The notes beneath the pieces were generated by a model. It searched no databases. It saw only the letters and a program-made list of their open reading frames with translations, and was not told the origin of the DNA. A program made the translations under genes and the position numbers. DNA of 64,000 nucleotides from Dehalococcoidia bacterium (lineage in GTDB: Bacteria > Chloroflexota > Dehalococcoidia > Lucifugimonadales > UBA3495): the NCBI GenBank assembly GCA_965204805.1, contig OZ242013.1:2605232-2669231 (forward strand). The letters run 5' to 3'. This document shows, piece after piece, positions 1 to 9,181 of this stretch. Each line of letters begins with the position of its first letter. Within the stretch, counting starts at the first letter, position 1.

Positions 1-2
1 CT

Positions 3-530
3 CCCAGGGGTAGAGGGAGTGAGCCGGAACGCGCGCCGCCGCCACGTCCCGACCGGCCACCGCCCCGCGAGCGCCCGGCACCGACGGAGACTCGCGGCCC
101 CGCGCGTCAGCCCGCCGGAGCAGGCGGCGGACAGGCGGGCGGCGGCTCCAACGAGCTGTGGGTACAATGGAACGACACGGTTAAGTCCCTGTCGCGGCAC
201 AAGGGCAGGAAGTACAATCTGGGGGCGCTGCTGCGGGACTGCAAGGTCAACAGCATCTCGCTGGACGGCAAGCGGCTGGTGTTGCCCTTCACCAATAAGG
301 CGAATTATGAGCGAATGCAGGAAGAACTGGAGGACCCGGCGTCTCGCAAGCGAATGGCCGACGCGCTGACGCAGTTCTTCGGGGAAGGATGCGAATACGA
401 GTTGACCCTGGCCAACGGACAGCAGGCCAACGGCAACGCCAACAAGACGGCCCAGCAAAGCCCACTGGTCCGCGCCGCCCTGGGGATGGGGGCGCGAATC
501 CTCCAGGAGCAAGAGGTGGAAGAAGAATGA
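3..530 (+). CDS. dnaX: DNA polymerase III gamma/tau subunit, C-terminal part (5' end outside the window)
   Basis: Frame 3 is open from the window edge. A Pro/Arg-rich linker is followed by 'WNDTVKSLSRHKGRKYNLGALLRDCKVNSISLDGKRLVLPFTNKANYERMQEEL', typical of DnaX C-terminal domains. The TGA stop overlaps the ybaB ATG (ATGA). The gene sits in the conserved dnaX-ybaB-recR context. Confidence 0.7.
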   Translation, partial: PRGRGSEPERAPPPRPDRPPPRERPAPTETRGPARQPAGAGGGQAGGGSNELWVQWNDTVKSLSRHKGRKYNLGALLRDCKVNSISLDGKRLVLPFTNKANYERMQEELEDPASRKRMADALTQFFGEGCEYELTLANGQQANGNANKTAQQSPLVRAALGMGARILQEQEVEEE

Positions 531-826
531 ACCGGAACATGATGCGGCAGGCCCAGCGGCAACTGGCCCAACTGCAAAAGATTCAGGAAGAACTGGAAAC
601 CCTCACCGTCGAAGGCACCGCCGGCGGCGGCGTGGTCAAAGTCGTGATGACCGGCAAGCAGGCGGTTGAGTCCGTCGAAATAGACCCGGAAGCGGCGGAG
701 GACATCGAACTGCTGCAGGACATGATGGTCGCCGCCTTCAACGACGCTGCAACCAAGGCACAGGAAATGGCCGCCAGCAAGATGAGCGTCATCACCGGCG
801 GCATGAACATACCAGGGCTGACTTAG
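527..826 (+). CDS. ybaB: YbaB/EbfC nucleoid-associated protein
   Basis: 'MNRNMMRQAQRQLAQLQKIQEELETLTVEGTAGGGVVKVVMTGKQAVESVEIDPEA...LQDMMVAAFNDA' matches the YbaB family pattern. I trimmed the start to the ATG at 527; the track start at 389 lies inside dnaX. Confidence 0.9.
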   Translation: MNRNMMRQAQRQLAQLQKIQEELETLTVEGTAGGGVVKVVMTGKQAVESVEIDPEAAEDIELLQDMMVAAFNDAATKAQEMAASKMSVITGGMNIPGLT

Positions 827-838
827 GGGGCAAATCAA

Positions 839-1084
839 ATGTTGAGCGACTTGGAATTGGTCTACCTGTGGCGCCAATTCTCGGAAGAGCATTATTGTGC
901 GAGCTGGATGCTCGTAGAACCCGGCACGCTAAAACAATTCAAGAATTGGCTGGATGGGCGGGGTAGCGATGGGGGAGAGCGAACTCTTGAAGATTATGAG
1001 CAAGAAGGCTTGCCTGCAATCCGTGAAGCCTATCAATCCAGAAGCGGCGAAGTTGCCGGCAATGTTGGGCTGGCATCGTCTTGA
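839..1084 (+). CDS. hypothetical protein (positioned like an antitoxin upstream of the PIN gene)
   Basis: 81-aa ORF located 8 nt upstream of the PIN-domain gene. I recognised no motif. Confidence 0.35.
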   Translation: MLSDLELVYLWRQFSEEHYCASWMLVEPGTLKQFKNWLDGRGSDGGERTLEDYEQEGLPAIREAYQSRSGEVAGNVGLASS

Positions 1085-1091
1085 TTAGGAG

Positions 1092-1560
1092 ATGTCTCGC
1101 CCAACCGGAAGCGATACCACTGCGGAACCTCTGTCGAAACTGATTTTCATGGAGGATGTGGTTGCGGATTCCAGCCTGTTGGTGGCCTATTTTCTCGAAT
1201 CCGATGTGTTCCACCAGTGGGCGCGGGAATTTATGGCCGAGTTGGATAGCGGCGGCCACAAACTTCACTTGCCTATGCTCGTAATGGGTTGAGACCATCT
1301 CCGCCATCCAACGCAGACTTGGGCAAAGCTCGCAAACCACGGTAAATGACACTTTTGCTACTATCTATCAGTGGGAACGGCAGGAAAAGGTAGTATTCTA
1401 CTCCCTGAACCGGGAGCGTATGGAGGCAGCTATGGAACTGGCCGAAGGAAATGCGCTCAGAGGAGCAGATCCGATTGTAGCCGCTCTCTCCCAAGAGTTG
1501 GGTATCGCCCTTAAAACCTACGACAACGAAGTCTTGCGCAGGTTCCGGCGAGCCATCTGA
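1092..1560 (+). pseudogene. PIN-domain (VapC-like) toxin, frameshifted
   Basis: The N-terminal half is in frame 3 ('FMEDVVADSSLLVAYFLESDVFHQWA...LPMLVMG*'). The C-terminal half is in frame 1 from about 1288 ('VETISAIQRRLGQ...LRGADPIVAALSQELGIALKTYDNEVLRRF'). Removing one G of the GGG at 1286..1288 restores a continuous PIN fold. The stop overlaps the recR ATG (TGATG). Confidence 0.65.
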
Positions 1561-2174
1561 TGACCTCCGACAGCCTGCCCTCCGCCTCACCGTCCCTGGC
1601 CCGGCTGGTGCAGGAGCTTAACCGGCTGCCCGGCATCGGGCCCAAGAGCGCGCAAAGGCTGGCTTACCATATCATCCGGTTGCCTGCGGAGGAAGCCTAT
1701 GCCCTGGCCGAGGCCGTGACCGCCGTGAAGCAGAACACCGTCTACTGCGGCGAGTGCCAGAACCTGGCCGAGGCCACGCCCTGCCCCATCTGCGCAGACT
1801 CCCGCCGCAACCGTTCCATCATCTGCGTGGTGGAAGAGCCGTTGGACGTGCTGGCCCTGGAGAGAACCCGCAGCTTTCGCGGGCTGTATCACGTGCTGCA
1901 CGGCGTCATATCGCCCATCAACGGCATCGGCCCCGACGACTTGAAGCTGCGGGAACTGCTGTCTCGGCTTTCCGACACGGAAGTCACGGAACTGGTGGTA
2001 GCCACCAACCCCACGCTGGAAGGTGAAGCCACCGCTATGTACATCCGCCGCCACCTCACCCGCGATGACCTTCGCGTGACCCGCCTGGCCCGCGGTTTGC
2101 CCGTGGGCGGCTCGCTGGAGTACACCGACGAGACCACCCTGAGCCGCGCCTTCCAGGGACGGCAGGACTTGTAG
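1560..2174 (+). CDS. recR: recombination protein RecR
   Basis: Helix-hairpin-helix 'LPGIGPKSAQRLAYHI', zinc finger 'CGECQNLAEATPCPIC', and a Toprim region 'ICVVEEPLDVLALERT'. Confidence 0.95.
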   Translation: MTSDSLPSASPSLARLVQELNRLPGIGPKSAQRLAYHIIRLPAEEAYALAEAVTAVKQNTVYCGECQNLAEATPCPICADSRRNRSIICVVEEPLDVLALERTRSFRGLYHVLHGVISPINGIGPDDLKLRELLSRLSDTEVTELVVATNPTLEGEATAMYIRRHLTRDDLRVTRLARGLPVGGSLEYTDETTLSRAFQGRQDL

Positions 2175-2176
2175 CC

Positions 2177-2962
2177 GTGGCGCCGCCCCGTACCTACCGC
2201 TGCGAGGGACTGACCCTGCGCAAGGCGGCCATCGGCGAGGCCGACTTGGTGGTTACCGTATTCACCGCCGAGCACGGCAAGCTGCGGGCTGTGGCCAAGG
2301 GCGCGCGCCGCTCCAGCAGCAAGCTGGTGGGCCACCTGGAGCCGTTGACCCTGGTCAGGCTTTCGCTGGCCCGCGGGCGGGAACTGGAAATCATCACCCA
2401 GGCACAGGTTACGGAAGGCTTTGCCTTCCTCAAGGAAGACTTATCGTCAATAACCCGGGGGCTGTACGTGGCCGAACTACTGGACGGCTTCGGGCCGGAG
2501 GACAACCCTTCGCCCGATCTGTTCCGGCTGGCAACGGGTGTGCTGCGAGAACTTCCCCAGGCAAAGGACCCAGAAGCACCTTTACGCTATTTCGAGTTTC
2601 ACCTGCTGCGGCTGACCGGCGTGCTGCCCGAGCTGTACCAATGCGTGGAGTGCGGGGCGGAAATTGCTCCCGACTCCCACAGGTTCAGCGTCAACCTCGG
2701 TGGCGTCCTTTGCCCCGCCTGCACCCCGGCGGAGGCGTTGGTGCGCCCCCTGTCGCTGCGGGCCATGAAGGTGTTGCGGCTGATGCACCGGGGCAGCTTG
2801 GCCGAAACCTCCGCTCTCACCATCAACCCGTCTCTCTCGGGGGAACTCAAATCCGTCCTGTCTCACACCGTACGCTACTGGCTGGGCAAGGAAATTCGTT
2901 CCAACTACTTCTTGGCACAACTGGACGAGGAAAGACGCAACGAGATACCCGCAAAGGCATAA
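2177..2962 (+). CDS. recO: DNA repair protein RecO
   Basis: OB-fold N-terminus 'GLTLRKAAIGEADLVVTVFTAEHGKLRAVAKGARRSSSKL' and Cys pairs 'CVECG...CPAC'. The gene follows recR by 2 nt. Confidence 0.9.
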   Translation: MAPPRTYRCEGLTLRKAAIGEADLVVTVFTAEHGKLRAVAKGARRSSSKLVGHLEPLTLVRLSLARGRELEIITQAQVTEGFAFLKEDLSSITRGLYVAELLDGFGPEDNPSPDLFRLATGVLRELPQAKDPEAPLRYFEFHLLRLTGVLPELYQCVECGAEIAPDSHRFSVNLGGVLCPACTPAEALVRPLSLRAMKVLRLMHRGSLAETSALTINPSLSGELKSVLSHTVRYWLGKEIRSNYFLAQLDEERRNEIPAKA

Positions 2963-3092
2963 ATCCGCAACCTGAAAGCAATGCGTATTTACCGGGTTGA
3001 TGGTACTATGTTCGGTCAAATAGCACTGCCTTTTAGTCGATGTCCGACGTAATTCGGGCATCAGTGGTGAAAATCAGGGGAGGGGTGCGCCG

Positions 3093-4697
3093 ATGTTTTC
3101 CAAGGTATTGATAGCAAACCGTGGAGAAATCGCCTGCCGGGTGATACGCGCTTGCCGGAAACTGGGCATCAAGACCGTAGCAGTGTATTCGAACGTGGAC
3201 GCCGGTTCGCTCCCGGTGCAGCAGGCCGACGAATCGGTGCCGCTGGGCAGCGCGGCCCCTCAAGAGAGCTATCTGAATATACGCAAGGTGCTGGCTGCCG
3301 CCCAGCTCGCCGGGGCCGACGCGATTCACCCCGGCTACGGTTTTCTGTCAGAAAATCCCCGGTTCGCCCGTGAATGCCAGCAGGCTGGCGTCACCTTCAT
3401 CGGCCCCAGGCCTGAGGTGATGGAGCAGATGGGGGACAAACTCCATGCACGCCAACTGGCAAGAGAAGCCGGGATGCCTCTGCTGCCCGGGACGGACGAC
3501 GCTGTTCCGGACGACCAGGCCGCGGAGACGGCGTGGAACCTAGGCTACCCCCTGATGGTCAAGGCGGCCGAGGGCGGCGGTGGCATGGGTATACACGTCG
3601 TTGAATCCAGGGAGGATCTGATTCCCCTCATCGAACGGGCCAGGCAGGTGGCCTCCGGCGCCTTCGGAAGCGCCCGCCTTTACTTCGAGCGCTACCTGAA
3701 AGACGCGTCGCACATCGAGGTGCAACTGCTGGGCGACAATCACGGCAACCTGGTCCACCTGTTCGAGCGCGACTGCTCAGTGCAGCGGCGCAACCAGAAG
3801 CTCATCGAGGAAACCCCGGCCTCCGCCAAGCTGACCCCGCAGACCAGGCGGCGGCTAGCGTCGCTGGCCCTCACCTTGGGCCAGCGCATCGGCTACAACA
3901 ACACCGGGACGGTGGAGTTCCTGGTCTCCCGGGAGGGCGAAGTCTACTTCCTGGAAATGAACACCCGCCTACAGGTGGAACACGGGGTGACCGAGCTGGT
4001 CACCGGCCTTGATCTGGTGGAGTTGCAACTGCGGGTGGCCGCTGGCGAACCGCTGCCAATAACGCAGGAAGACGTCGTCAGCAGCGGTCACGCCATCGAA
4101 GCCCGCATCTATCCTGAACACCCGGAAACCTTTATGCCCGACGCCGGTCAGCTCACCGACATACATCTTCCCCCCAACGACGACAACGTGCGCGTGGACT
4201 CGGCCCTTTGCGATGGCTACACGGTTGGGTTAGACTACGAGCCGCTGATGGCCAAGGTGATGGCCTGGGGCGAAGACCGGGAGCAGGCTATCAAGACATT
4301 ACAGCGGGCCTTGCTGGAAATGCGGCTGGAGGGCGTCACCCACAACGTGCCACTGCTCCAGAGCATCCTTGCCAGCAAGGAATTCACCGACGCGACCTAT
4401 CATACCGGGTCGGTCCCGCACTGGGTGAACGAATTGCGTCAAAGGAACCTGGCCCATCAGCCCGGCGGCGCGGGCCACCTCTACCTGCATCATAGAACGG
4501 AAATCGGCGAAAGCGTGTCCGGTGAAAGCAGCCCTTCGACTAACTCAGGGCGGGCGGAGAAAGAGACCGCCGCCGCCATCGGTGTTGCCTTGGTGATGGC
4601 GATGAAGTCGTCGGCGCCGGAATCCAGCGGGTGGAAGTCCCAGCGACGCCGCGAGCAACTCCACTCCCGGAGCATAGGGAGCCGAGGTTGGCGATAA
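3093..4697 (+). CDS. accC: biotin carboxylase (ATP-grasp) with an ~85-aa C-terminal extension
   Basis: 'MFSKVLIANRGEIACRVIRACRKLGIKTVAVYS', 'IHPGYGFLSEN', 'GGGGMGIHVV' and 'EMNTRLQVEHGVTE'. The canonical domain ends near 'ATYHTGSV' (about nt 4420). Confidence 0.9.
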   Translation: MFSKVLIANRGEIACRVIRACRKLGIKTVAVYSNVDAGSLPVQQADESVPLGSAAPQESYLNIRKVLAAAQLAGADAIHPGYGFLSENPRFARECQQAGVTFIGPRPEVMEQMGDKLHARQLAREAGMPLLPGTDDAVPDDQAAETAWNLGYPLMVKAAEGGGGMGIHVVESREDLIPLIERARQVASGAFGSARLYFERYLKDASHIEVQLLGDNHGNLVHLFERDCSVQRRNQKLIEETPASAKLTPQTRRRLASLALTLGQRIGYNNTGTVEFLVSREGEVYFLEMNTRLQVEHGVTELVTGLDLVELQLRVAAGEPLPITQEDVVSSGHAIEARIYPEHPETFMPDAGQLTDIHLPPNDDNVRVDSALCDGYTVGLDYEPLMAKVMAWGEDREQAIKTLQRALLEMRLEGVTHNVPLLQSILASKEFTDATYHTGSVPHWVNELRQRNLAHQPGGAGHLYLHHRTEIGESVSGESSPSTNSGRAEKETAAAIGVALVMAMKSSAPESSGWKSQRRREQLHSRSIGSRGWR

Positions 4698-5128
4698 CCA
4701 GACTTCGCGTCCGGGTCGGCGGCAACTGGTACAACGTCGAAGTGGGCGACCTGGACCGGCCGCCGGTGCAGGTGACGGTCGATGGCGAGACCTTCACCAT
4801 AGAGGTAGAGGGTCTGCCGGGCCAGATACCGGCCCGCCCCCGTCGTGGCCGCACGCAGACCCCGGGCATCCTTGTGCCGCCTCCGGCCAGCCGGGTCAAC
4901 CCCACCAGCGGCGACGGCAACTTCATCCGCTCCCCCATGCCGGGCCGCGTCATCTCCATCTTGGTGCGCCCCGGTGACATCGTGTCCGTCGGCCAGGAGG
5001 TGTGCGTGGTGGAGGCCATGAAGATGGAACAGAGTATCCGCTCCCCCCAGAACGGAGTGGTCAAGGAGATCCGAGTCCAGCCCATGGACTCCGTCCGCAC
5101 CAACGACCCGTTGATGGAATTGGAGTAG
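4688..5128 (+). CDS. biotin/lipoyl-attachment (BCCP-like) protein
   Basis: Biotinylation motif 'VVEAMKMEQSI' with a Pro-rich linker. The start is uncertain: TTG 4688 is preceded by GGGAG, and GTG 4631 is the alternative. It overlaps the accC stop. Confidence 0.7.
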   Translation: MAITRLRVRVGGNWYNVEVGDLDRPPVQVTVDGETFTIEVEGLPGQIPARPRRGRTQTPGILVPPPASRVNPTSGDGNFIRSPMPGRVISILVRPGDIVSVGQEVCVVEAMKMEQSIRSPQNGVVKEIRVQPMDSVRTNDPLMELE

Positions 5129-5222
5129 GCTGGACGAATCGCTGACAGCAGGGCATTGCCCGGCAGCAGGCTGATATAGTGAAATAGTCCAGCACTCATT
5201 ATCCGTTAGCGCGGGAACGTCA

Positions 5223-6029
5223 TTGGTGTATCGGGAATCAGCCAGCGCCAGCCAACTGTCCTTCCGGTCAAACATCGGGCAGCCGGGGGACAACACTTTC
5301 CTGGACGGCAACCGCCTGTATTGCGGGGACTCGCGTACCCTGTTACGGCAAATTGAGCCGGAAGCGGTTGCCCTGAGCTTCTGGTCTCCTCCCTACTTCG
5401 TGGGGAAAAGCTACGAAAGGCACCTCTCCTTTGAACAGTGGCAGGACTTGCTCCGAGAAGTAATCCGGCTTCACTTCAACGTTATCGCGCCCGGCGGGTT
5501 CCTGGCCGTCAACATAGCCGACATTCTGGCCTTCCCTGACCCCGAAATGCCCCGCATCCAGGCCGACAACATATCGTCCAAACGGTCGGGGATCACCAGA
5601 GAGCAGGTTCTTTCGGCACAGCGGGAACACCCGGACTTCAACCGCTACCAGCTCGCCGAGCTGCTGGGTTGCAGCGAGCAGACCATTGACCGCCGCCTGA
5701 GCCGGGAAGAATGGAGCGAATGGGGTTCCCGAGCCGTCTGGCACATACCGTCGGTAAGGAACAACAGCGAACACGAAGCCCAATTCCCCCTCGAACTACC
5801 CCGCCGGGTAATTCGCATCTTCTCTGGTGATGGAGATTTGGTACTGGACCCGTTCATGGGGTTGGGTACAACGGCGGTTGCAGCAATCCGGGAAGGCAGA
5901 CGGTATATCGGCATTGACTACATGGCCGAATACGTGGAGAAAGCGGCGGGGAGAATCTCCTTAATGCCCTGCGACGATGAGGCTCGCTATCATAATAGTT
6001 TCCCGTTCCAGGGGCGGGATTGTGTATAA
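5223..6029 (+). CDS. beta-class N4-cytosine/N6-adenine DNA methyltransferase (orphan)
   Basis: Motif IV 'SFWSPPYFVGKSY' lies upstream of motif I 'VLDPFMGLGTTAVAAIREGRRYIGID'. There is an HTH-like insert 'YQLAELLGCSEQTIDRRL'. No endonuclease gene is adjacent. Confidence 0.8.
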   Translation: MVYRESASASQLSFRSNIGQPGDNTFLDGNRLYCGDSRTLLRQIEPEAVALSFWSPPYFVGKSYERHLSFEQWQDLLREVIRLHFNVIAPGGFLAVNIADILAFPDPEMPRIQADNISSKRSGITREQVLSAQREHPDFNRYQLAELLGCSEQTIDRRLSREEWSEWGSRAVWHIPSVRNNSEHEAQFPLELPRRVIRIFSGDGDLVLDPFMGLGTTAVAAIREGRRYIGIDYMAEYVEKAAGRISLMPCDDEARYHNSFPFQGRDCV

Positions 6030-6063
6030 TGGGCTACCTTTCATCCGAACCTGTAGCGGCGCG

Positions 6064-6425
6064 ATGGCGTGAGAAATCGAAAGTTCCGTCGAATACGATG
6101 AATGGTGGCGAGAGCTTACGCCAGCGCAACAGAGGGCAGTAGATCACCGAATCGAGCAACTCGCGGAAAGTGGAACAAACCTTGGCTATCCACTCTCTTC
6201 GGGAGTGCGCTCATCCCACCATAGCCATATGCGCGAGTTAAGAGTGCAAAGCAGCGGAAGACCACTCCGAGTTTTTTTGCCTTTGACCCATTGCGGACTG
6301 GGATACTGCTGATAGGAGGAAACAAGACCGGCAACAACCGCTTTTACCGGCAATTTGTGCCAGTGGCAGACCGCATCCATGACCGGCATCTCGATGATTT
6401 ACGTCGGCGAGGTTTGATTCCATGA
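6064..6425 (+). pseudogene. HigB/RelE-superfamily (Gp49-like) toxin with an in-frame TGA and a homopolymer frameshift
   Basis: 'MA*EIESSVEYDEWWRELTPAQQRAVDHRIEQLAESG...MRELRVQSSGRPLRV', then after the T7 run (6272..6278) the frame switches to 'FAFDPLRTGILLIGGNKTGNNRFYRQFVPVADRIHDRHL'. The TGA at 6070 sits where Trp (TGG) is expected. The stop overlaps the next ATG (ATGA). Confidence 0.6.
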
Positions 6426-6751
6426 CTATACCTTATTCCGAGCTAACCAAGCACTTCACTGATGAAGACCGCCAAATAGTTGCCAAAATGCGGAAGCGCT
6501 CGGATGTCAAGATTCAGATAGCGGAGGCCATCGGCGAAGAGCTGCTCCGCCAAAACGATGAGCTCTCCGACCTGCTGTGCGAAGTGGAGCTGGACTTCTC
6601 CGACACGGAGTTGGTTCAGGCCATCGAGAAGCAGGTCGCGGCGGTTGCCGGAACGGCTGGGGATTTCAAGCCGACGCAACGTAAGCGCATCGAAGAACTT
6701 ACCGATGAAGTGCGCGGCTGGATTGCTTTGGCCAAATCCGTCAAAGTCTAA
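6422..6751 (+). CDS. hypothetical protein, putative cognate antitoxin (no recognisable HTH)
   Basis: 109-aa acidic ORF translationally coupled to the toxin remnant. Its N-terminus 'MTIPYSELTKHFTDEDRQIVAKMRKR' resembles HigA-type N-termini only loosely. Confidence 0.4.
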   Translation: MTIPYSELTKHFTDEDRQIVAKMRKRSDVKIQIAEAIGEELLRQNDELSDLLCEVELDFSDTELVQAIEKQVAAVAGTAGDFKPTQRKRIEELTDEVRGWIALAKSVKV

Positions 6752-6801
6752 ATCTATCCGAATCAACGGGAACGCCCCAAAGACTCAAAGGAGGTTCACG
6801 C

Positions 6802-8367
6802 ATGAAGTACGACTACATCGTTGTGGGGGGAGGTTCGGCAGGGTGTACCATCGCCACCCGGCTATCGGAAGACCCGAACAATTCGGTGCTGCTGCTGGAA
6901 GCGGGGCCGGACTATCCAGACTTTGAGGCGCTGCCTGATGACCTCAAGCTGGGCAACAACGTCTGGCTGTCGGCCTACGGCCCTCACAGCTGGGCCTACC
7001 GGGGCCACATCACCGACGAGCAGCCCGACCTGGAGATTCCTCGCGGCAAGGCCACCGGCGGCTCCAGCGCCATCAACGGCCAGGTTCTGTATCGCGGCAT
7101 CCCCGACGACTACAACCGCTGGGCCCAGTGGGGCAACGACGAGTGGGGCTTCACCAACTGCCTGCCCTATTTCAACAAGATGGAGACCGATCTGGACTTC
7201 GGCGGCAGCGACTTTCACGGCTCAGATGGCCCGGTGCCTGTCCGCCGCGCCCCGCGCAGCGAGTGGCTGCCCCATGCCAACGCCTTCGAGCGGGCGGCCC
7301 TGGCCGAGGGCTTCGAGATTTCCGAGGACATGAACGACCCGGAGTCCACCGGCGTGTCGCCCCGTGCCCGCAACACCCTCAACTTCAAGGGTAGCACCGG
7401 CGTGCGGATGAGCATGGCCCTGAACTACCTCGACATGGCCCGCCACCGCCTCAACTTCACCATCCGCGGCAGCGTCATCTGCCGGCGCGTCCTGTTCGAC
7501 GGCAATAAGGCAGTCGGCGTCGAGGCCGAGAGCGGCGGCGAGGTATTCGTTGTCGAGGGCGAGGAAATCATCCTCTCCAGCGGGGCCGTCGCATCGCCCC
7601 AGATTTTGATGCTTTCCGGGGTTGGCCCCAGGGCGCACCTGGAGAGCCTGGGCATTCCGGTGGTCCACGACTCCCCCGGCGTGGGCAAGAACCTGCGCGA
7701 CCATCCGTCGGCAGCGGCAATCTACCAGGCCCACGGCGACCCGCCCGACGTGCAAGCGCCGGTAATCCAGGTGGGCCTGCGCTACCAAGTGCCAGGCAGC
7801 CCGCTGGAAAACGATATGCAGCTCTCGCCGATGCTGATGACCAGCGAACACCGCCCGGCGCAGATTACCATAGACGACGACCTCAACTACATCGGCATGA
7901 GCGCCAGCCTGCAACTGGCCTTGGGACAGGGCGAGCTGACCCTACAGTCCGCTGACCCCCACGAGCAGCCTTTCATCAACTACAACTACTACCAGGAACC
8001 GGAGGACCTGCGCCGGATGCGCGAGGCCATCCGCCTGGGCGTCCGCATGGCCGAGAACCACGAATTCTACCGGGACATCGTAATCGAGCGGGTAATGCCC
8101 ACCGACGACGAGCTGGCTGACGACGACGCCCTGGACCTGTGGCTGAAGCGCAACTCAGGCACCTCCCATCACATCTCCGGCACCTGCAAGATGGGCCCGG
8201 ACAGCGACCCGCTGGCCGTGGTGGACCAGCACCTCCACGTCAAGGGCATCGAGGGCCTGCGCGTCGCCGACGCCTCCATAATGCCCGACTGCATCCGCGC
8301 CAACACCAACGCCACCACCATAATGATCGGCGAGCGCTGCGCCGACTTCATCAAGGACGGGAAGTAG
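6802..8367 (+). CDS. GMC-family FAD oxidoreductase (choline dehydrogenase-like), paralog 1
   Basis: 'MKYDYIVVGGGSAGCTIATRLSEDPNNSVLLLEAGPD', 'GGSSAINGQV', 'SGTSHHISGTCKMG' and 'LRVADASIMP'. An AGGAGG-like RBS precedes the ATG. Confidence 0.9.
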   Translation: MKYDYIVVGGGSAGCTIATRLSEDPNNSVLLLEAGPDYPDFEALPDDLKLGNNVWLSAYGPHSWAYRGHITDEQPDLEIPRGKATGGSSAINGQVLYRGIPDDYNRWAQWGNDEWGFTNCLPYFNKMETDLDFGGSDFHGSDGPVPVRRAPRSEWLPHANAFERAALAEGFEISEDMNDPESTGVSPRARNTLNFKGSTGVRMSMALNYLDMARHRLNFTIRGSVICRRVLFDGNKAVGVEAESGGEVFVVEGEEIILSSGAVASPQILMLSGVGPRAHLESLGIPVVHDSPGVGKNLRDHPSAAAIYQAHGDPPDVQAPVIQVGLRYQVPGSPLENDMQLSPMLMTSEHRPAQITIDDDLNYIGMSASLQLALGQGELTLQSADPHEQPFINYNYYQEPEDLRRMREAIRLGVRMAENHEFYRDIVIERVMPTDDELADDDALDLWLKRNSGTSHHISGTCKMGPDSDPLAVVDQHLHVKGIEGLRVADASIMPDCIRANTNATTIMIGERCADFIKDGK

Positions 8368-8395
8368 GCGGCAGGGGATGCAATTGCAATCCAAT

Positions 8396-8434
8396 AGCAG
8401 GGGCGGGTTGATGACCCGCCCCTGCTGTGTTTTG
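8396..8434 (+). terminator. rho-independent terminator after GMC paralog 1
   Basis: Perfect 13-bp stem AGCAGGGGCGGGT/ACCCGCCCCTGCT with a 5-nt loop, followed by GTGTTTTG. Confidence 0.6.
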
Positions 8435-8513
8435 TCTCAATTGCTTGTCCCCTCGGCAGTTTGTCAAGACTGTCAATCACCGTTAAACTGCCGGTCACTC
8501 TTAGAACATAAGG

Positions 8514-8990
8514 TTGAAAATAGAAATCATAAACATTCCTATTGAGCGAATCCACATATCCGGGCTGAACACGCGCAGGGACTTACAGGCTGGCACAGAA
8601 GACGCATCGCTAGATGACTTGACGGCAAGCATCCAGGAAAAGGGGATCCTCAACCCCGTCGAGGTAAAGTCGCATGACAACGAAAGGTTCGACCTAATCG
8701 CCGGTCAAAGAAGATTCCTAGCTTGCCAGAGGATCGGCTATACGGAAATTCCTGCCATCGCCAGAGAGAACTTAGACGATACCCAAGCTGTAATTATTTC
8801 GCTCATTGAGAACGTCCAAAGAGCGGAAATGAACCCTATAGACAAAGCGCGAGCCTACCAGCGAATCTACGAGAGCGTTGGGTCATACCAAGAAGTTGCA
8901 AGGCAAGCGGGCGTAAGTCCAGACACGGTGCGACGCTACACTGCGCTATTAAACTTGGCTCCCTCCATCCAAGAGGTTGAATTCTGCTGA
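8514..8990 (+). CDS. ParB-like N-terminal domain protein, short/truncated (158 aa)
   Basis: 'LNTRRDL', 'GILNPVEV', 'LIAGQRRFLACQRIG' (ParB box) and HTH 'SYQEVARQAGVSPDTVRRY'. TTG start. The region is visibly more AT-rich than the flanks. Confidence 0.65.
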   Translation: MKIEIINIPIERIHISGLNTRRDLQAGTEDASLDDLTASIQEKGILNPVEVKSHDNERFDLIAGQRRFLACQRIGYTEIPAIARENLDDTQAVIISLIENVQRAEMNPIDKARAYQRIYESVGSYQEVARQAGVSPDTVRRYTALLNLAPSIQEVEFC

Positions 8991-9181
8991 AAAACAGTGT
9001 GTAAATTATACGATACGCAGGCCACATGATGGACAGCGGCAGTCTGCTATAATCGCCGGGCATGGCAGGGTTGCCGAGGCGCCGCCGGGCGGTCGTGGTA
9101 CAGGCGGAACGTGATAATCCCTCTCACGCTAGGACGTGCAGTCACTCAGGACAGATTGCCCATTCCCTTACAAGGTGAACG

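Noticed and set aside
6070-6072. The possibility that TGA is a sense codon genome-wide (code 4 or 25), given in-frame TGAs in the HigB-like gene and the rhodanese.
   Set aside because: TGA clearly terminates several well-defined genes at the expected protein ends and in ATGA/TGATG coupling overlaps (dnaX/ybaB 528..530, PIN/recR 1558..1560, CaiB 52955..52957). Only local recoding (Sec) or mutation is plausible.
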